Below are positions 12,319 to 21,540 of a stretch of DNA of 32,000 nucleotides, in pieces (positions within the stretch are counted from its first letter, which is position 1; each line of letters opens with the position of its first letter). The position numbers were made by a program, and so were the translations under genes. The notes beneath the pieces are model-generated. The model saw nothing but the letters and a program-made list of their open reading frames with translations, was not told the origin of the DNA and searched no databases. Source of the stretch: Mycolicibacterium smegmatis (lineage in GTDB: Bacteria; Actinomycetota; Actinomycetes; Mycobacteriales; Mycobacteriaceae); NCBI RefSeq assembly GCF_001457595.1, contig NZ_LN831039.1, positions 1,350,001 through 1,382,000 on the forward strand. The letters are read 5' to 3'.

Positions 12319-13206
12319 ATGACCGACCTCATGACCAGGCCCACCATCGCCCCGCCGGGGTTGTTGTCACCGGGGGATTCGTCCGGGAAAACCCTGCGCC
12401 AGAAGCTCACCGACGCCGTCCCGGCATCGGTGGCCCGGCGGGTGCCTGCGGTGGTGCTGCCGCTGATCCCGATCGGGGTGTTCCTGGTGGCGTGGCATCT
12501 GCTCACCGAGAACAACGTCGTCGCCTGGCTGCGGTTCAACCGCATGCCCAGCCCCGACGCGGTGCTGCAGGCACTGCTCGCGCGGGTCAGCTCGGGCAGC
12601 TACTACGACGACCTGCTGGCCAGCCTGCAGCGCATCCTGCTCGGCTTCGGTCTGGCCGCCGTGGTGGGCATCGCCCTGGGCGTGCTGGTCGGCCGCTCCG
12701 AGGTGGCGCGAATGACGTTGCGGCCGTTCATCGAACTGATCCGCCCGATCCCGGCGATCGCGTTGGTGCCGCTGACCATCCTGCTGTTCCCGTCCAGTGA
12801 GCAGGGCATCGTGTTCATCACGTTCTTCGCCGCGTTCTTCCCGGTGGTGGTCAGCACCATCCACGCGATGGATTCCATGCCGAAGGTGTGGGAGGAGGCC
12901 GCACAGACCATGGGCGCCGGCCGGATGTCGCTGCTGTTCCACGTCATCATTCCCGGTGCGCTGCCCGGCATCTTCGCCGGTCTGTCGGTGGCGATGGGTG
13001 TCGCGTGGATCTGCGTGGTGAGTGCCGAGATGATCTCCGGACAGTTCGGCATCGGCTACTACACGTGGCAGGCGTACGGCCTGCTGGACTACGCCGGCGT
13101 CGTCGTCGGGATGATCTCCATCGGCGCGCTCGGTCTGGGCACCGCGTGGCTGGTCGAACGCGTCGGTCGTCGGGTGAACCGCTGGCTGCCGAGGGCCGCC
13201 CGATGA
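12319..13206 (+). CDS. NitT/TauT-type ABC transporter permease
   Basis: Multiple hydrophobic segments and the EAA-like loop KVWEEAAQTMGAGRMSLLFHVIIPGALPGIFAGLSVAMGVAWICVVSAEM. Confidence 0.9.
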   Translation: MTDLMTRPTIAPPGLLSPGDSSGKTLRQKLTDAVPASVARRVPAVVLPLIPIGVFLVAWHLLTENNVVAWLRFNRMPSPDAVLQALLARVSSGSYYDDLLASLQRILLGFGLAAVVGIALGVLVGRSEVARMTLRPFIELIRPIPAIALVPLTILLFPSSEQGIVFITFFAAFFPVVVSTIHAMDSMPKVWEEAAQTMGAGRMSLLFHVIIPGALPGIFAGLSVAMGVAWICVVSAEMISGQFGIGYYTWQAYGLLDYAGVVVGMISIGALGLGTAWLVERVGRRVNRWLPRAAR

Positions 13207-13952
13207 GCACCGGCGCCGTCAACCTCCAGCAGCTCAAGCTCGGCTTCAACGGTGTGGTCGCCGCCGACATCACCCTGACCATCGATCCCGGCGAGGTCGT
13301 CGTCTTCCTCGGGCCGTCCGGCTGCGGCAAGTCGACCATCCTGCGGGCGCTGGCCGGGTTGCTCAAACCAATGGGTGGCACCGCCACTGTCGACGGGGCT
13401 CCCGTCACCGGCAACGCCGCGCAGTGCGCCATGGTGTTTCAGGAGGACGCGCTGTTTCCGTGGCGCACCGCGCTGAAGAATGTGCAGTTCCCGCTGAAGC
13501 TGCGGGGGATGCGCGGCAAGGAACTCAAGGCCACGGCCACCGCCCGCCTGGAGCAGGTGGGGCTCGGTGCCTACTTGGACCATCTGCCCAGCCAGCTCTC
13601 CGGCGGGATGCGCCAGCGCGTGCAACTCGCCCGCACGCTGGCCTGTGAGCCGCACGTCATGCTGATGGACGAGCCGTTCGGCGCGCTCGACGCGCAGACC
13701 CGCCTGGAGATGCAGCAGCTGCTGATGTCGGTGTGGGAGACGCAGAAGATGACGCTGCTGTTCGTCACCCACGATGTCGACGAGGCGTTGCTGCTGGCCG
13801 ACCGGATCGTGCTGCTGAGCCACCGGCCCGCCACGGTCGCCGACATCATCACGATCGAGAAGCCCCGCACGCCCGAGGCGCAGTTCGAGGAGTCCTACCA
13901 GCGGCGCCGCCGCGACATCCTCGACTTTCTCGGCCACCGCCCGGCGGCCTGA
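13203..13952 (+). CDS. NitT/TauT-type ABC transporter ATPase
   Basis: Walker A GPSGCGKST, Q-loop VFQEDALFPWRTALKNV, signature LSGGMRQRVQLART, Walker B VMLMDEPFGALD. ATG at 13203 overlaps the permease stop. Confidence 0.93.
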   Translation: MSTGAVNLQQLKLGFNGVVAADITLTIDPGEVVVFLGPSGCGKSTILRALAGLLKPMGGTATVDGAPVTGNAAQCAMVFQEDALFPWRTALKNVQFPLKLRGMRGKELKATATARLEQVGLGAYLDHLPSQLSGGMRQRVQLARTLACEPHVMLMDEPFGALDAQTRLEMQQLLMSVWETQKMTLLFVTHDVDEALLLADRIVLLSHRPATVADIITIEKPRTPEAQFEESYQRRRRDILDFLGHRPAA

Positions 13953-13977
13953 TCTTTCTTTCACTCAAGGAGTTTCG

Positions 13978-15474
13978 ATGAGTATCACCCTTCCCGGTCT
14001 TCGCGCGCCGTCATCCGGCAACGGGCTGGCTTCGCTGCGCTCACCGTCGGTGTTGCGCACCGAGGTGCTCGCCGGTCTGGTGGTGGCGCTGGCGTTGATC
14101 CCGGAGGCCATCGCGTTCTCGGTGATTGCCGGCGTCGACCCCCGGGTCGGTCTGTTCTCGACCGTCACCATGGCGATCACCATCGCGTTCACCGGGGGAC
14201 GCCCGGCGATGATCACCGCGGCCACCGCCGCCGTAGCTTTGGTGGTGGCGCCGGTGTCGCGCGAGTTCGGGGTGGGGTATCTGGTCGCGACGATCATGCT
14301 GGCCGGCGTGATCCAGATGCTGCTGGCATTGTTCGGGGTGGCCAAGCTGATGCGGTTCATCCCGCGCAGCGTGATGGTGGGCTTTGTCAACGCGCTGGCC
14401 ATCCTGGTGTTTGTCTCGCAGTTGCAGCATTTGGTCGACGTGCCGTGGCTGGTGTACGCGCTGACCGCGCTCGGCATCGCGGTGGTGTTCCTGCTGCCCA
14501 AGGTGACCACCGCGGTGCCCGCACCGCTGGTGGTGGTGCTGGTGCTCACCGTCGCGGTCGTCGCGTTCGGTTGGGACGTTCCCGACGTGGGGGATCAAGG
14601 CGCACTGCCGGATTCGCTGCCGGTGCCCGGGCTGCCGCAGGTGCCGTTGACGCTGCACACCCTGCAGGTGATCGCGCCGTACGCGTTCGGTGCCGCGCTG
14701 GTCGGGCTGCTGGAGTCGCTCATGACGGCCAAGCTGGTCGACGACATCACCGACACGCCGTCCAACAAGACCCGCGAGGCCTGTGGGCAAGGTACGGCCA
14801 ACGTGGTGACCGCGCTGTTCGGCGGTATGGGCGGCTGCGCCGTGGTGGGGCAGACCATGATGAACGTCAAGGTCGCCGGCGCCCGCACCCGCCTGTCCAC
14901 GCTGCTGACCGGGGTGTTCGTGCTGATCCTCGTGCTCGCACTCGGCGACCTGGTGGGACGCATCCCGATGGCCGCGCTGGTTGCGGTGATGATCGTGGTG
15001 TCGTTCGCGACGTTCGACTGGCACAGCATCACGCCCCGGACCTTGAAGGTGTTGCCGCGCAGCGAAACCCTGATCATGGTGATCACCGTCGCCTGCACGG
15101 TGGCGACCGGGAACCTGGCCATCGGGGTGTCGGTCGGCGTGCTCGCCGCCATGGTCGCGTTCGCCCGCCGCGTCGCGCACTTCACCTCGGTGTCCGTCGA
15201 GCCGGGGCCCGACGGCTCCCGGACCTACCGGGTGCGTGGGGATCTGTTCTTCGTGTCGAGCAACGACCTGGTGCATCAGTTCGACTACGCGGGAGATCCC
15301 GACGAGGTGGTGATCGACATGTCCGGGGTGTCGCTGTGGGACGCGTCGTCCGTGGCGACCCTCGACGCGATCCGGCTGAAGTACTCCTCGCGCGGGAAGA
15401 CCGTGGTGTTCACCGGCCTCGACGGAGACAGCCTCGACCGGCTCAACCGGATGTCCGGGCGGTTGGGGGTGTAG
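13978..15474 (+). CDS. SulP/SLC26-family anion transporter with C-terminal STAS domain
   Basis: LVVALALIPEAIAFSVIAGVDPRVGLFSTVTMAITIAFTGGRPAMITAATAAVALV...GGMGGCAVVGQTMMNVKVAGARTRLSTLLTG... and the STAS region DEVVIDMSGVSLWDASSVATLDAI. Confidence 0.92.
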   Translation: MSITLPGLRAPSSGNGLASLRSPSVLRTEVLAGLVVALALIPEAIAFSVIAGVDPRVGLFSTVTMAITIAFTGGRPAMITAATAAVALVVAPVSREFGVGYLVATIMLAGVIQMLLALFGVAKLMRFIPRSVMVGFVNALAILVFVSQLQHLVDVPWLVYALTALGIAVVFLLPKVTTAVPAPLVVVLVLTVAVVAFGWDVPDVGDQGALPDSLPVPGLPQVPLTLHTLQVIAPYAFGAALVGLLESLMTAKLVDDITDTPSNKTREACGQGTANVVTALFGGMGGCAVVGQTMMNVKVAGARTRLSTLLTGVFVLILVLALGDLVGRIPMAALVAVMIVVSFATFDWHSITPRTLKVLPRSETLIMVITVACTVATGNLAIGVSVGVLAAMVAFARRVAHFTSVSVEPGPDGSRTYRVRGDLFFVSSNDLVHQFDYAGDPDEVVIDMSGVSLWDASSVATLDAIRLKYSSRGKTVVFTGLDGDSLDRLNRMSGRLGV

Positions 15475-15488
15475 CGGTGCGGGGGAGC

Positions 15489-15512
15489 GGGGCCGCCTTG
15501 ATGGGCGGCCCC
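15489..15512. terminator. Hairpin between convergent genes
   Basis: GGGGCCGCC-TTGATG-GGCGGCCCC, perfect 9-bp stem between the SulP stop (15474) and the convergent DUF4352 gene stop (15523). Confidence 0.5.
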
Positions 15513-15522
15513 GCCTTCTGCG

Positions 15523-16185
15523 TTACGGCGTCAGGTTCACCGTGACCCCGCCGGAGAACATCGAGTCATGCAGTTCGATGCTCGCGGGGACCGCGCCGGC
15601 CGGCATGTCGTAGACCAGCGACACGTCGACGGTGTTGCCGGGGTTTATGTTGTCCCACACCGCGATGTCGTTGTTGTCGAGCGCGATCTGCGCTGAGGTG
15701 TCGGTCTCGAAGCTGCGACCGTCGGTGTCGAACAGCTTCTGATTCGACGGGCTGAAGCCCTGCGGGCGGTCGCCGATGTTCTGCACGCTGAGCGTGACGA
15801 TGACGAACTGGCCCTGCGCCTTCTGGTTCAGGAACGGGTTGTCCCCGACCTCCGACAGGCCCGGCTCCATCGATCGCACCACGAACTCGAACTTCCCGTC
15901 ACGTACCGGGGTGTTGAGGGTCGCCGCCGGCTCTGCCTGCTTTGTTTCTGCCGGGGCCGGGGCCGGGGCCGCGGCCGGCGACTGGGCGACGGTCGCGGTG
16001 CTCCCGGCCGGCGTGGTGTCCTTCTTGTCGTCGTTGAAGATCGATCCCACGATCATCAACGCGACCACACCGCCGACGATCACCGGCCATTTGCGCTTCT
16101 TCTTCGCGGGCGGCTGCGGCGGGTACGGAACCCCCTGCGGGGCAGGCTGACTCGGCATGCCAGGGTACGGCTGAGGGGTAGTCAT
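15523..16185 (-). CDS. DUF4352-type membrane-anchored/secreted protein
   Basis: [53 protein letters not shown]...[40 protein letters not shown]-terminal TM plus telokin-like Ig-type domain; start taken at ATG 16185. Confidence 0.75.
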   Translation of the reverse strand: MTTPQPYPGMPSQPAPQGVPYPPQPPAKKKRKWPVIVGGVVALMIVGSIFNDDKKDTTPAGSTATVAQSPAAAPAPAPAETKQAEPAATLNTPVRDGKFEFVVRSMEPGLSEVGDNPFLNQKAQGQFVIVTLSVQNIGDRPQGFSPSNQKLFDTDGRSFETDTSAQIALDNNDIAVWDNINPGNTVDVSLVYDMPAGAVPASIELHDSMFSGGVTVNLTP

Positions 16186-16353
16186 CGTGATCGTTCCTTC
16201 GTGTCCTGCGCCAGGCCCCATGCCAGGCGAACAGGCGAACGTACAACTCGGGACCGACAACCTCTCGTGTGTCTTCGGTGCGGTGCCGCCGCCACCTCGA
16301 CTTGTCGGTGGGTCATGCGAAGCTGTGCGGCTCACTCAAATCAGGAGGTAGTG

Positions 16354-16671
16354 ATGAAGACAGTCGTTGGTGTGGCCGTGCTGGTGGCAGGGTTCGGGCT
16401 CGTGGCGAGCCCGCCGGCATCCGCGGAGCCGTCGTGGACGATGCCGAATCTGATCGGCATGGATCTGCAGGGCGCCCAGGACGCGATTCAGTCCGTGACC
16501 CGCGGGGCGGTGTGGTTCAGCAGCTCCACCGACCTCACCGGCCGCGGCCGCGCCCAGCTAAGCGACCGCAACTGGCAGGTCTGCACCTCGACCCCGCCAC
16601 CCGGAGCACGGTTTACCGTCGATACCGATATCGACTTCGGGGTGGTGCGGGTGTCGGAGGAGTGTCCGTAG
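16354..16671 (+). CDS. Small secreted protein with one PASTA-like repeat
   Basis: Signal peptide MKTVVGVAVLVAGFGLVASPPASAEP, then MPNLIGMDLQGAQDAIQSVTRG...VCTSTPPPGARFTVDTDIDFGVV; SD-like AGGAGG before the ATG at 16354. Confidence 0.65.
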   Translation: MKTVVGVAVLVAGFGLVASPPASAEPSWTMPNLIGMDLQGAQDAIQSVTRGAVWFSSSTDLTGRGRAQLSDRNWQVCTSTPPPGARFTVDTDIDFGVVRVSEECP

Positions 16672-17144
16672 GGGGTGGGGTCGGCGATAGGTGCAGGGCG
16701 AGCTCGTGTGGCAGGCGCGTCAAGCCGTCGGAGAGCTCCTTGAACTTACGGCTCATCCATACACTGCATTGCCACCCGTACGAGGGTGATCACACTTCGC
16801 AGATGTTCTGGCTGTATCGGCTGTCAACCCACCGCCGCCCTCACAGCTTCGGCCACTGGCACGGGAGGTTCGTGCTTGCGAAACCTCACTACCGCCCATT
16901 CGGCAGCACGAAACGTCTCGTCAGTGGCTGCATCGCGCGGCACCTTGCGCTCCGATGACCGGCGTTTGTGGCGGTTGGCGATGATGTTCCAGAAAATCGT
17001 GTCAGCACTGGTCGATCAAGTCGCCGCGAAATGTCCAGGCCATCGCTCTTTTGCTCCAACGCCGTACTCAAACGAACTCGCTCTGCCTGCCCCGTGTCAT
17101 AGCGGACTAAACTCATCCCGTCAATATTTGCTGTTACAGGGCGG

Positions 17145-17573
17145 ATGCAGGTCGAAGTCGTCAGTGACTTGGCCTACAGTGCTCTCAGAGTGAGGAGAGG
17201 CGCGTTGTCGGATTGTGGAGGCCTGTCGGAGTGGATCAGCGACGAAGAGCATCGCTGGCGCGTGCTGCCGCAGCCCATGAGCCTTGTGAACGAGGCCAGA
17301 CTTCTCCGAGGTAGAGGCCTGAGAAATTCACCGCAAATCGGGCACGGCAGTCCGCCAGCTCGCAAAACTGAACATTACCTATACGTGGGCGGGGTTCCCG
17401 TTTTAGACGTAATGCCGATGCGGAAAAGGCGACTAGTAGTCGAGGCGCCCCAATTAGTGGGTTACCTCGGGTACCGTTCCCCGTATCGACCGGCTCGGCG
17501 AAGCGTTGACTATCGTGCTCGCGCGTTGCAGCCGGTCGAAGTACGTGAAGAGCTGTATCCGCGCAGGTCATAG
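17145..17573 (+). CDS. Hypothetical ORF, doubtful
   Basis: 142-aa open frame in lower-GC DNA upstream of the defence-like operon; no recognised motif. Confidence 0.2.
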   Translation: MQVEVVSDLAYSALRVRRGALSDCGGLSEWISDEEHRWRVLPQPMSLVNEARLLRGRGLRNSPQIGHGSPPARKTEHYLYVGGVPVLDVMPMRKRRLVVEAPQLVGYLGYRSPYRPARRSVDYRARALQPVEVREELYPRRS

Positions 17574-17779
17574 TTCGGTGATGGAGCCAGGCGGGCTGGT
17601 TTCGTCCAGTGAACAGGCACACTCACGGGTACGGCCGACACATTGGTCGCGACAGAGGGGACCCACCGGTTTGAATGGCTGAGAGCAGCATTACTCGATG
17701 AGGCGCCGCCGAATTGCATGATCGTTCATAACCATGCGAGTGCTCGTGTGACACACAGCGAGATTGAAAGTAGGAAGTC

Positions 17780-20700
17780 GTGACTATGACTCAGTCGGAA
17801 AACGCGGGACTAGTGCCACTCCGGACGGCATGCGAGCCTCGTGACGACGTGTTGTCGGGTGGTCTTGCGGATAACCATTTCGCAGCCCAGTTAGACAAGG
17901 TTGTCCGCGACGCGGAGCACTATCCGGTCTACGGCGACCCGGATGCGTTCTTCGCGCAAACCTACGCCACTAGCGGCCTTCGAGCCTTGCTGACCAAGAC
18001 GTTTGGTCGGGTCAGCGGTACGAAAGGCGTCGCGGGTGAAAACGGTGTGCTGCGACCGACTACATCGTTCGGTGGCGGCAAGACTCACGGCTTAACCGCG
18101 GTCTACCATCTGGCAAAGGGTGCCAGGCCGGCGAATTTGTCCGAGTTTGTCGACCCGGCGCTTCTACCTGACGGCCCTGTTCAGATTGCGGCACTAGTCG
18201 GCGACGCGCTGGACCCTGTCGCCGGTGTCGCTACGGCCGGGCACCGAACCTTCACGCTCTGGGGTGAAATGGCGGCACAAATCGGTGAGGCGGCGTTTGC
18301 GGCGATGGAAGCCAGCGACATCGAACGGACCGCGCCGGGCACCGCGACAATCAAGTCCGCCTTCGGCGGGCAACCGACCATCGTGATCATCGACGAGATC
18401 GCGAAGTACATCCGGCAGGTCACATCTTCTGGCAGCGACGATGTCCGTCGCTTGGCGAAGGCTGTCCCTGTGTTCCTCGGCAACCTGTTCGAGGTCGCCT
18501 CCGATCCGACGAATCGGGTTTCAGTCATCATCACACTTGCTGCAGCTACGAATGCATTCGGTGAGGAGACGACTGAGATCTCCGAGCTACTCGGTGACGC
18601 ATCGGCTGCGGCGAGTGACGCGGTGGCCGAGACCGCAGACGTTCTGACCCGCGCCGTCCAACCAGCAGCGGTCATCAAGCCGGCAGCCGACAACGAGATC
18701 GGTGAAATTCTAAAGACGCGACTATTCAAGAGCGTAAATCCATCTGCAGCCCGTGCCGCCGGGGATGCGTATCGCGACTTCTATGAGTTCCTATCCAAGA
18801 CAGAGACACTTGCTGGGGGCCCAGAGCAGCCGGTTACCTACGGTGATCAGGTTGCCAACACCTACCCTTTCCATCCGGAACTGGTGAGGGTTCTCGACAA
18901 ACGTCTCGGCGATATTCCACAGTTCCAGCGTGCCCGAGGTGCGCTGAAGCTCCTCGCGGAGGTAGTCGCAGGGATCTACCGGAACGGTAACGACACCGCG
19001 ATCATCAACGTCGGTGATATCGACTATTCAGATGCTCCGATCCTGAACCATCTCACTGATGGACTGGGGCGTGGCGAGTTCTCCTCGGTCGCCGTCGGCG
19101 ACTTCGCCGGCGCACAATCCCACGCCGCGTCTGTCGACGCGGAGGTGTTCCCCGGGAAACCTCAGTACGCAACCCGGGTTGCGCGAACGGTGTTCACGCA
19201 TTCGCTTGAGATGAAGGCGAATGCCGGAGCCGGTCGCAACGACTGGCTCATCGGGACCCTCCGGCCCCACGAGGACGTTGCCGTCTTCGAGAAGGCTCTG
19301 ACCGAGTCAGAAAAGGTGTTTTGGCATTTGGGCTTCGACGGTGCTCGGTGGCGTTTCAATGTCGAACCGAACGTCAACGCCATTATCGAGGCGGAGAAGC
19401 GCAACGTCGCAAACACACGAGTCGCTGCGGTCGTCGACGACCTCGTCTCGAGAGCGTTCGCCAACGATGGTGGGGTTAGCGCTGTGCACTTCCCGTCGTC
19501 GGCGGTAGACATCGCCGACGAATCGAAGCTGCGGGTCGCAGTCCTCGACTACCGGGTCCTGTCTGTTGACGCTGGAACCGTCGACGCCGCCCCTTCACTA
19601 GTCGTGGATATGTTCGACAAGTCCGGGTCTGTCGGGTCGCCTCGTAAGTACCGGAACAGTGTGGTTTTCGCGGTCGCGGATACTACCCAGGTCGACGCGC
19701 TGAAGGACCGTGCTCGCGCGCTCATAGCTGCCGATAATCTCGGGGCCGACACCGCGCGGCTGAGCCAGTTCAGTCCGGAAATCCGCAAGAAAATCGAGGC
19801 ATATCAGAAGCAGGCATCGCTCGAAGCGCGGATCGCAGTCAACCGCTGCTACAAGCACATCTACTACCCGGTCAGCGACAGAGCCAACAATCATTTACGG
19901 CACAAGGAGCTCCCGCCGCAGGCGCAGGGCGAGGTGAAAAACGCTACCAGCGCGGTCATCACGCTCCTCAAAGACGAAGGCAAGATTCGGTCCGATTCGT
20001 TCACTGCGTCCTACCTCAGGTCCAAGACATGGCCAATGGTCGATTCGGTCACGACTGCAGCCGTCGCGGATCATTTTTGGATAGACCACAGCGTGCCGAT
20101 TGTCCAAAATGTGGCACTGCTGCGCGAGGCGCTCGTCAATGGAATTAAGAATGAAGGCTGGGTTTACTACGACGGGAGTACAGGTAAGGCGTTCACGGCG
20201 CACACGATGGGTGGTATGAACATCGCGTTCTCCAGCGACGCCGAGATCATGACCAGCGAGGAAGCACAGAGGCGGGGACTTCTGGTTCGCAAACCCACTT
20301 TGGCTGACCTACGTGCCGTCTTTTCCGGCGACCGGATCACTGGTGCCGAGTTGCGGACACGGCTGGAAATCGAGTGCGGCGGGGAGCCGACGAAGAGCGA
20401 TGTTCTCGAAGTCCTCGCGACCGCGGTGCAAGCGGGTGACTACAAGACCCTCGTAGTGCTTGATAGCGAACCAGAAGCGGGTGTGCGGGCTCTGCCGCCG
20501 AGCGCGATCAAGGACAAAGGGCTCGACACATTACACATCCTTACACGTGAGGCAGCCGACCAGGCCGGTGTGGAGGTCCCGACTCGCACCGTCAACACTA
20601 AGACGTTCACCGCCGTGGGTGCCGGCGGCGCCGCTATCCAAACCCTTATCGACCAGGTCTCGGATTTCACAGTGACAACGATCCGGCGACTGACACTGAA

Positions 20701-21052
20701 GGTCACCGCCGACGGGGAGAAGGGCACCAGCGACCTCGACCTCGCGGTCGCCGCCCTCGGGATGCTTCCCAAGTACGCCATCACCGTAAAAAGCACGATC
20801 CGCGCCGAATACAAGAACGTTACCGGCGGGTTGCAATTCCAAGGCTCGGCCGAGCGGATGGACTTCCAGAGCGCCTACGGCAATATCAAGAAGGCACTCG
20901 GGCCGGCGGCGAAAATCGCCGGCGACCTGACAATCGACATCGCCTTTGACCCCGCCGTCGGCGTTAGTAGTCCCGATATCGAACATATCCATACCGTTGT
21001 CAAGAACCTGCAGCTCCATCACACCCAGATGACCGCAGAGGCAGCACGATGA
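17780..21052 (+). CDS. DUF499-type large ATPase of a defence-associated operon
   Basis: 1090 aa. Walker A-like TTSFGGGKTHGL, Walker B TIVIIDEIAKYIRQV, conserved PRDDVLSGGLADNHFAAQLDKV start and YPFHPELVRVLDKRLGDIPQFQRARGALKLLAEVV. A second possible start ATG at 17786 has AGGAAG upstream. Confidence 0.85.
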   Translation: MTMTQSENAGLVPLRTACEPRDDVLSGGLADNHFAAQLDKVVRDAEHYPVYGDPDAFFAQTYATSGLRALLTKTFGRVSGTKGVAGENGVLRPTTSFGGGKTHGLTAVYHLAKGARPANLSEFVDPALLPDGPVQIAALVGDALDPVAGVATAGHRTFTLWGEMAAQIGEAAFAAMEASDIERTAPGTATIKSAFGGQPTIVIIDEIAKYIRQVTSSGSDDVRRLAKAVPVFLGNLFEVASDPTNRVSVIITLAAATNAFGEETTEISELLGDASAAASDAVAETADVLTRAVQPAAVIKPAADNEIGEILKTRLFKSVNPSAARAAGDAYRDFYEFLSKTETLAGGPEQPVTYGDQVANTYPFHPELVRVLDKRLGDIPQFQRARGALKLLAEVVAGIYRNGNDTAIINVGDIDYSDAPILNHLTDGLGRGEFSSVAVGDFAGAQSHAASVDAEVFPGKPQYATRVARTVFTHSLEMKANAGAGRNDWLIGTLRPHEDVAVFEKALTESEKVFWHLGFDGARWRFNVEPNVNAIIEAEKRNVANTRVAAVVDDLVSRAFANDGGVSAVHFPSSAVDIADESKLRVAVLDYRVLSVDAGTVDAAPSLVVDMFDKSGSVGSPRKYRNSVVFAVADTTQVDALKDRARALIAADNLGADTARLSQFSPEIRKKIEAYQKQASLEARIAVNRCYKHIYYPVSDRANNHLRHKELPPQAQGEVKNATSAVITLLKDEGKIRSDSFTASYLRSKTWPMVDSVTTAAVADHFWIDHSVPIVQNVALLREALVNGIKNEGWVYYDGSTGKAFTAHTMGGMNIAFSSDAEIMTSEEAQRRGLLVRKPTLADLRAVFSGDRITGAELRTRLEIECGGEPTKSDVLEVLATAVQAGDYKTLVVLDSEPEAGVRALPPSAIKDKGLDTLHILTREAADQAGVEVPTRTVNTKTFTAVGAGGAAIQTLIDQVSDFTVTTIRRLTLKVTADGEKGTSDLDLAVAALGMLPKYAITVKSTIRAEYKNVTGGLQFQGSAERMDFQSAYGNIKKALGPAAKIAGDLTIDIAFDPAVGVSSPDIEHIHTVVKNLQLHHTQMTAEAAR

Positions 21053-21531
21053 CTGCGCAAATAACACGTGCTTCCCGAAGTCGTCCCCTTTCCGCTGGAT
21101 CTACCGCGCGCGCGTTCCGGATCATTGTCGTTCCAGCCAGGGCCGAGACCTACGGCATAGTTGTCGATGAGACCTACGGCGACGGCGACCAAGCCCTTAC
21201 CACTCGCGTCACTGCGGCGACACCCGCACAGGTCGGCCGGATTGCCGATGCCGTGTTCGCCGCCGTTCGAGGTTCCGGACACGCGCCGAGCGTCCTCGCG
21301 TTCACGCGCAAGAAGCCGATCCGCATCGATGAAGTTGAAGGTGTCAGACTTGCCCTGATACTGCTCACGACCGGCCCAATCTCCAAGCACGCCCGGGTCC
21401 GCGAGATCGTAGCCGGAGTAAACGCCATGAGCGTCGAGGAAACCTACTATTGGTACTCAAAGTGCATCGGTGTCGATGCTTCTCGCGCTAACAAGGCGCT
21501 GCGCATCCTCCTCTCCGGTGACAGAGACTGA
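21049..21531 (+). CDS. Uncharacterised 160-aa protein in the defence-like operon
   Basis: ATGA start/stop overlap with the DUF499-type gene and about 10 bp from the methylase start. Full-length ORF with no motif I can name. Confidence 0.75.
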   Translation: MTAQITRASRSRPLSAGSTARAFRIIVVPARAETYGIVVDETYGDGDQALTTRVTAATPAQVGRIADAVFAAVRGSGHAPSVLAFTRKKPIRIDEVEGVRLALILLTTGPISKHARVREIVAGVNAMSVEETYYWYSKCIGVDASRANKALRILLSGDRD

Positions 21532-21540
21532 AAGACGACT

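Noticed and set aside
14041-15276. 411-aa minus-strand ORF and 14445..15545 plus-strand ORF
   Set aside because: Overlap the SulP-STAS transporter; low-complexity R/H/G-rich translations.
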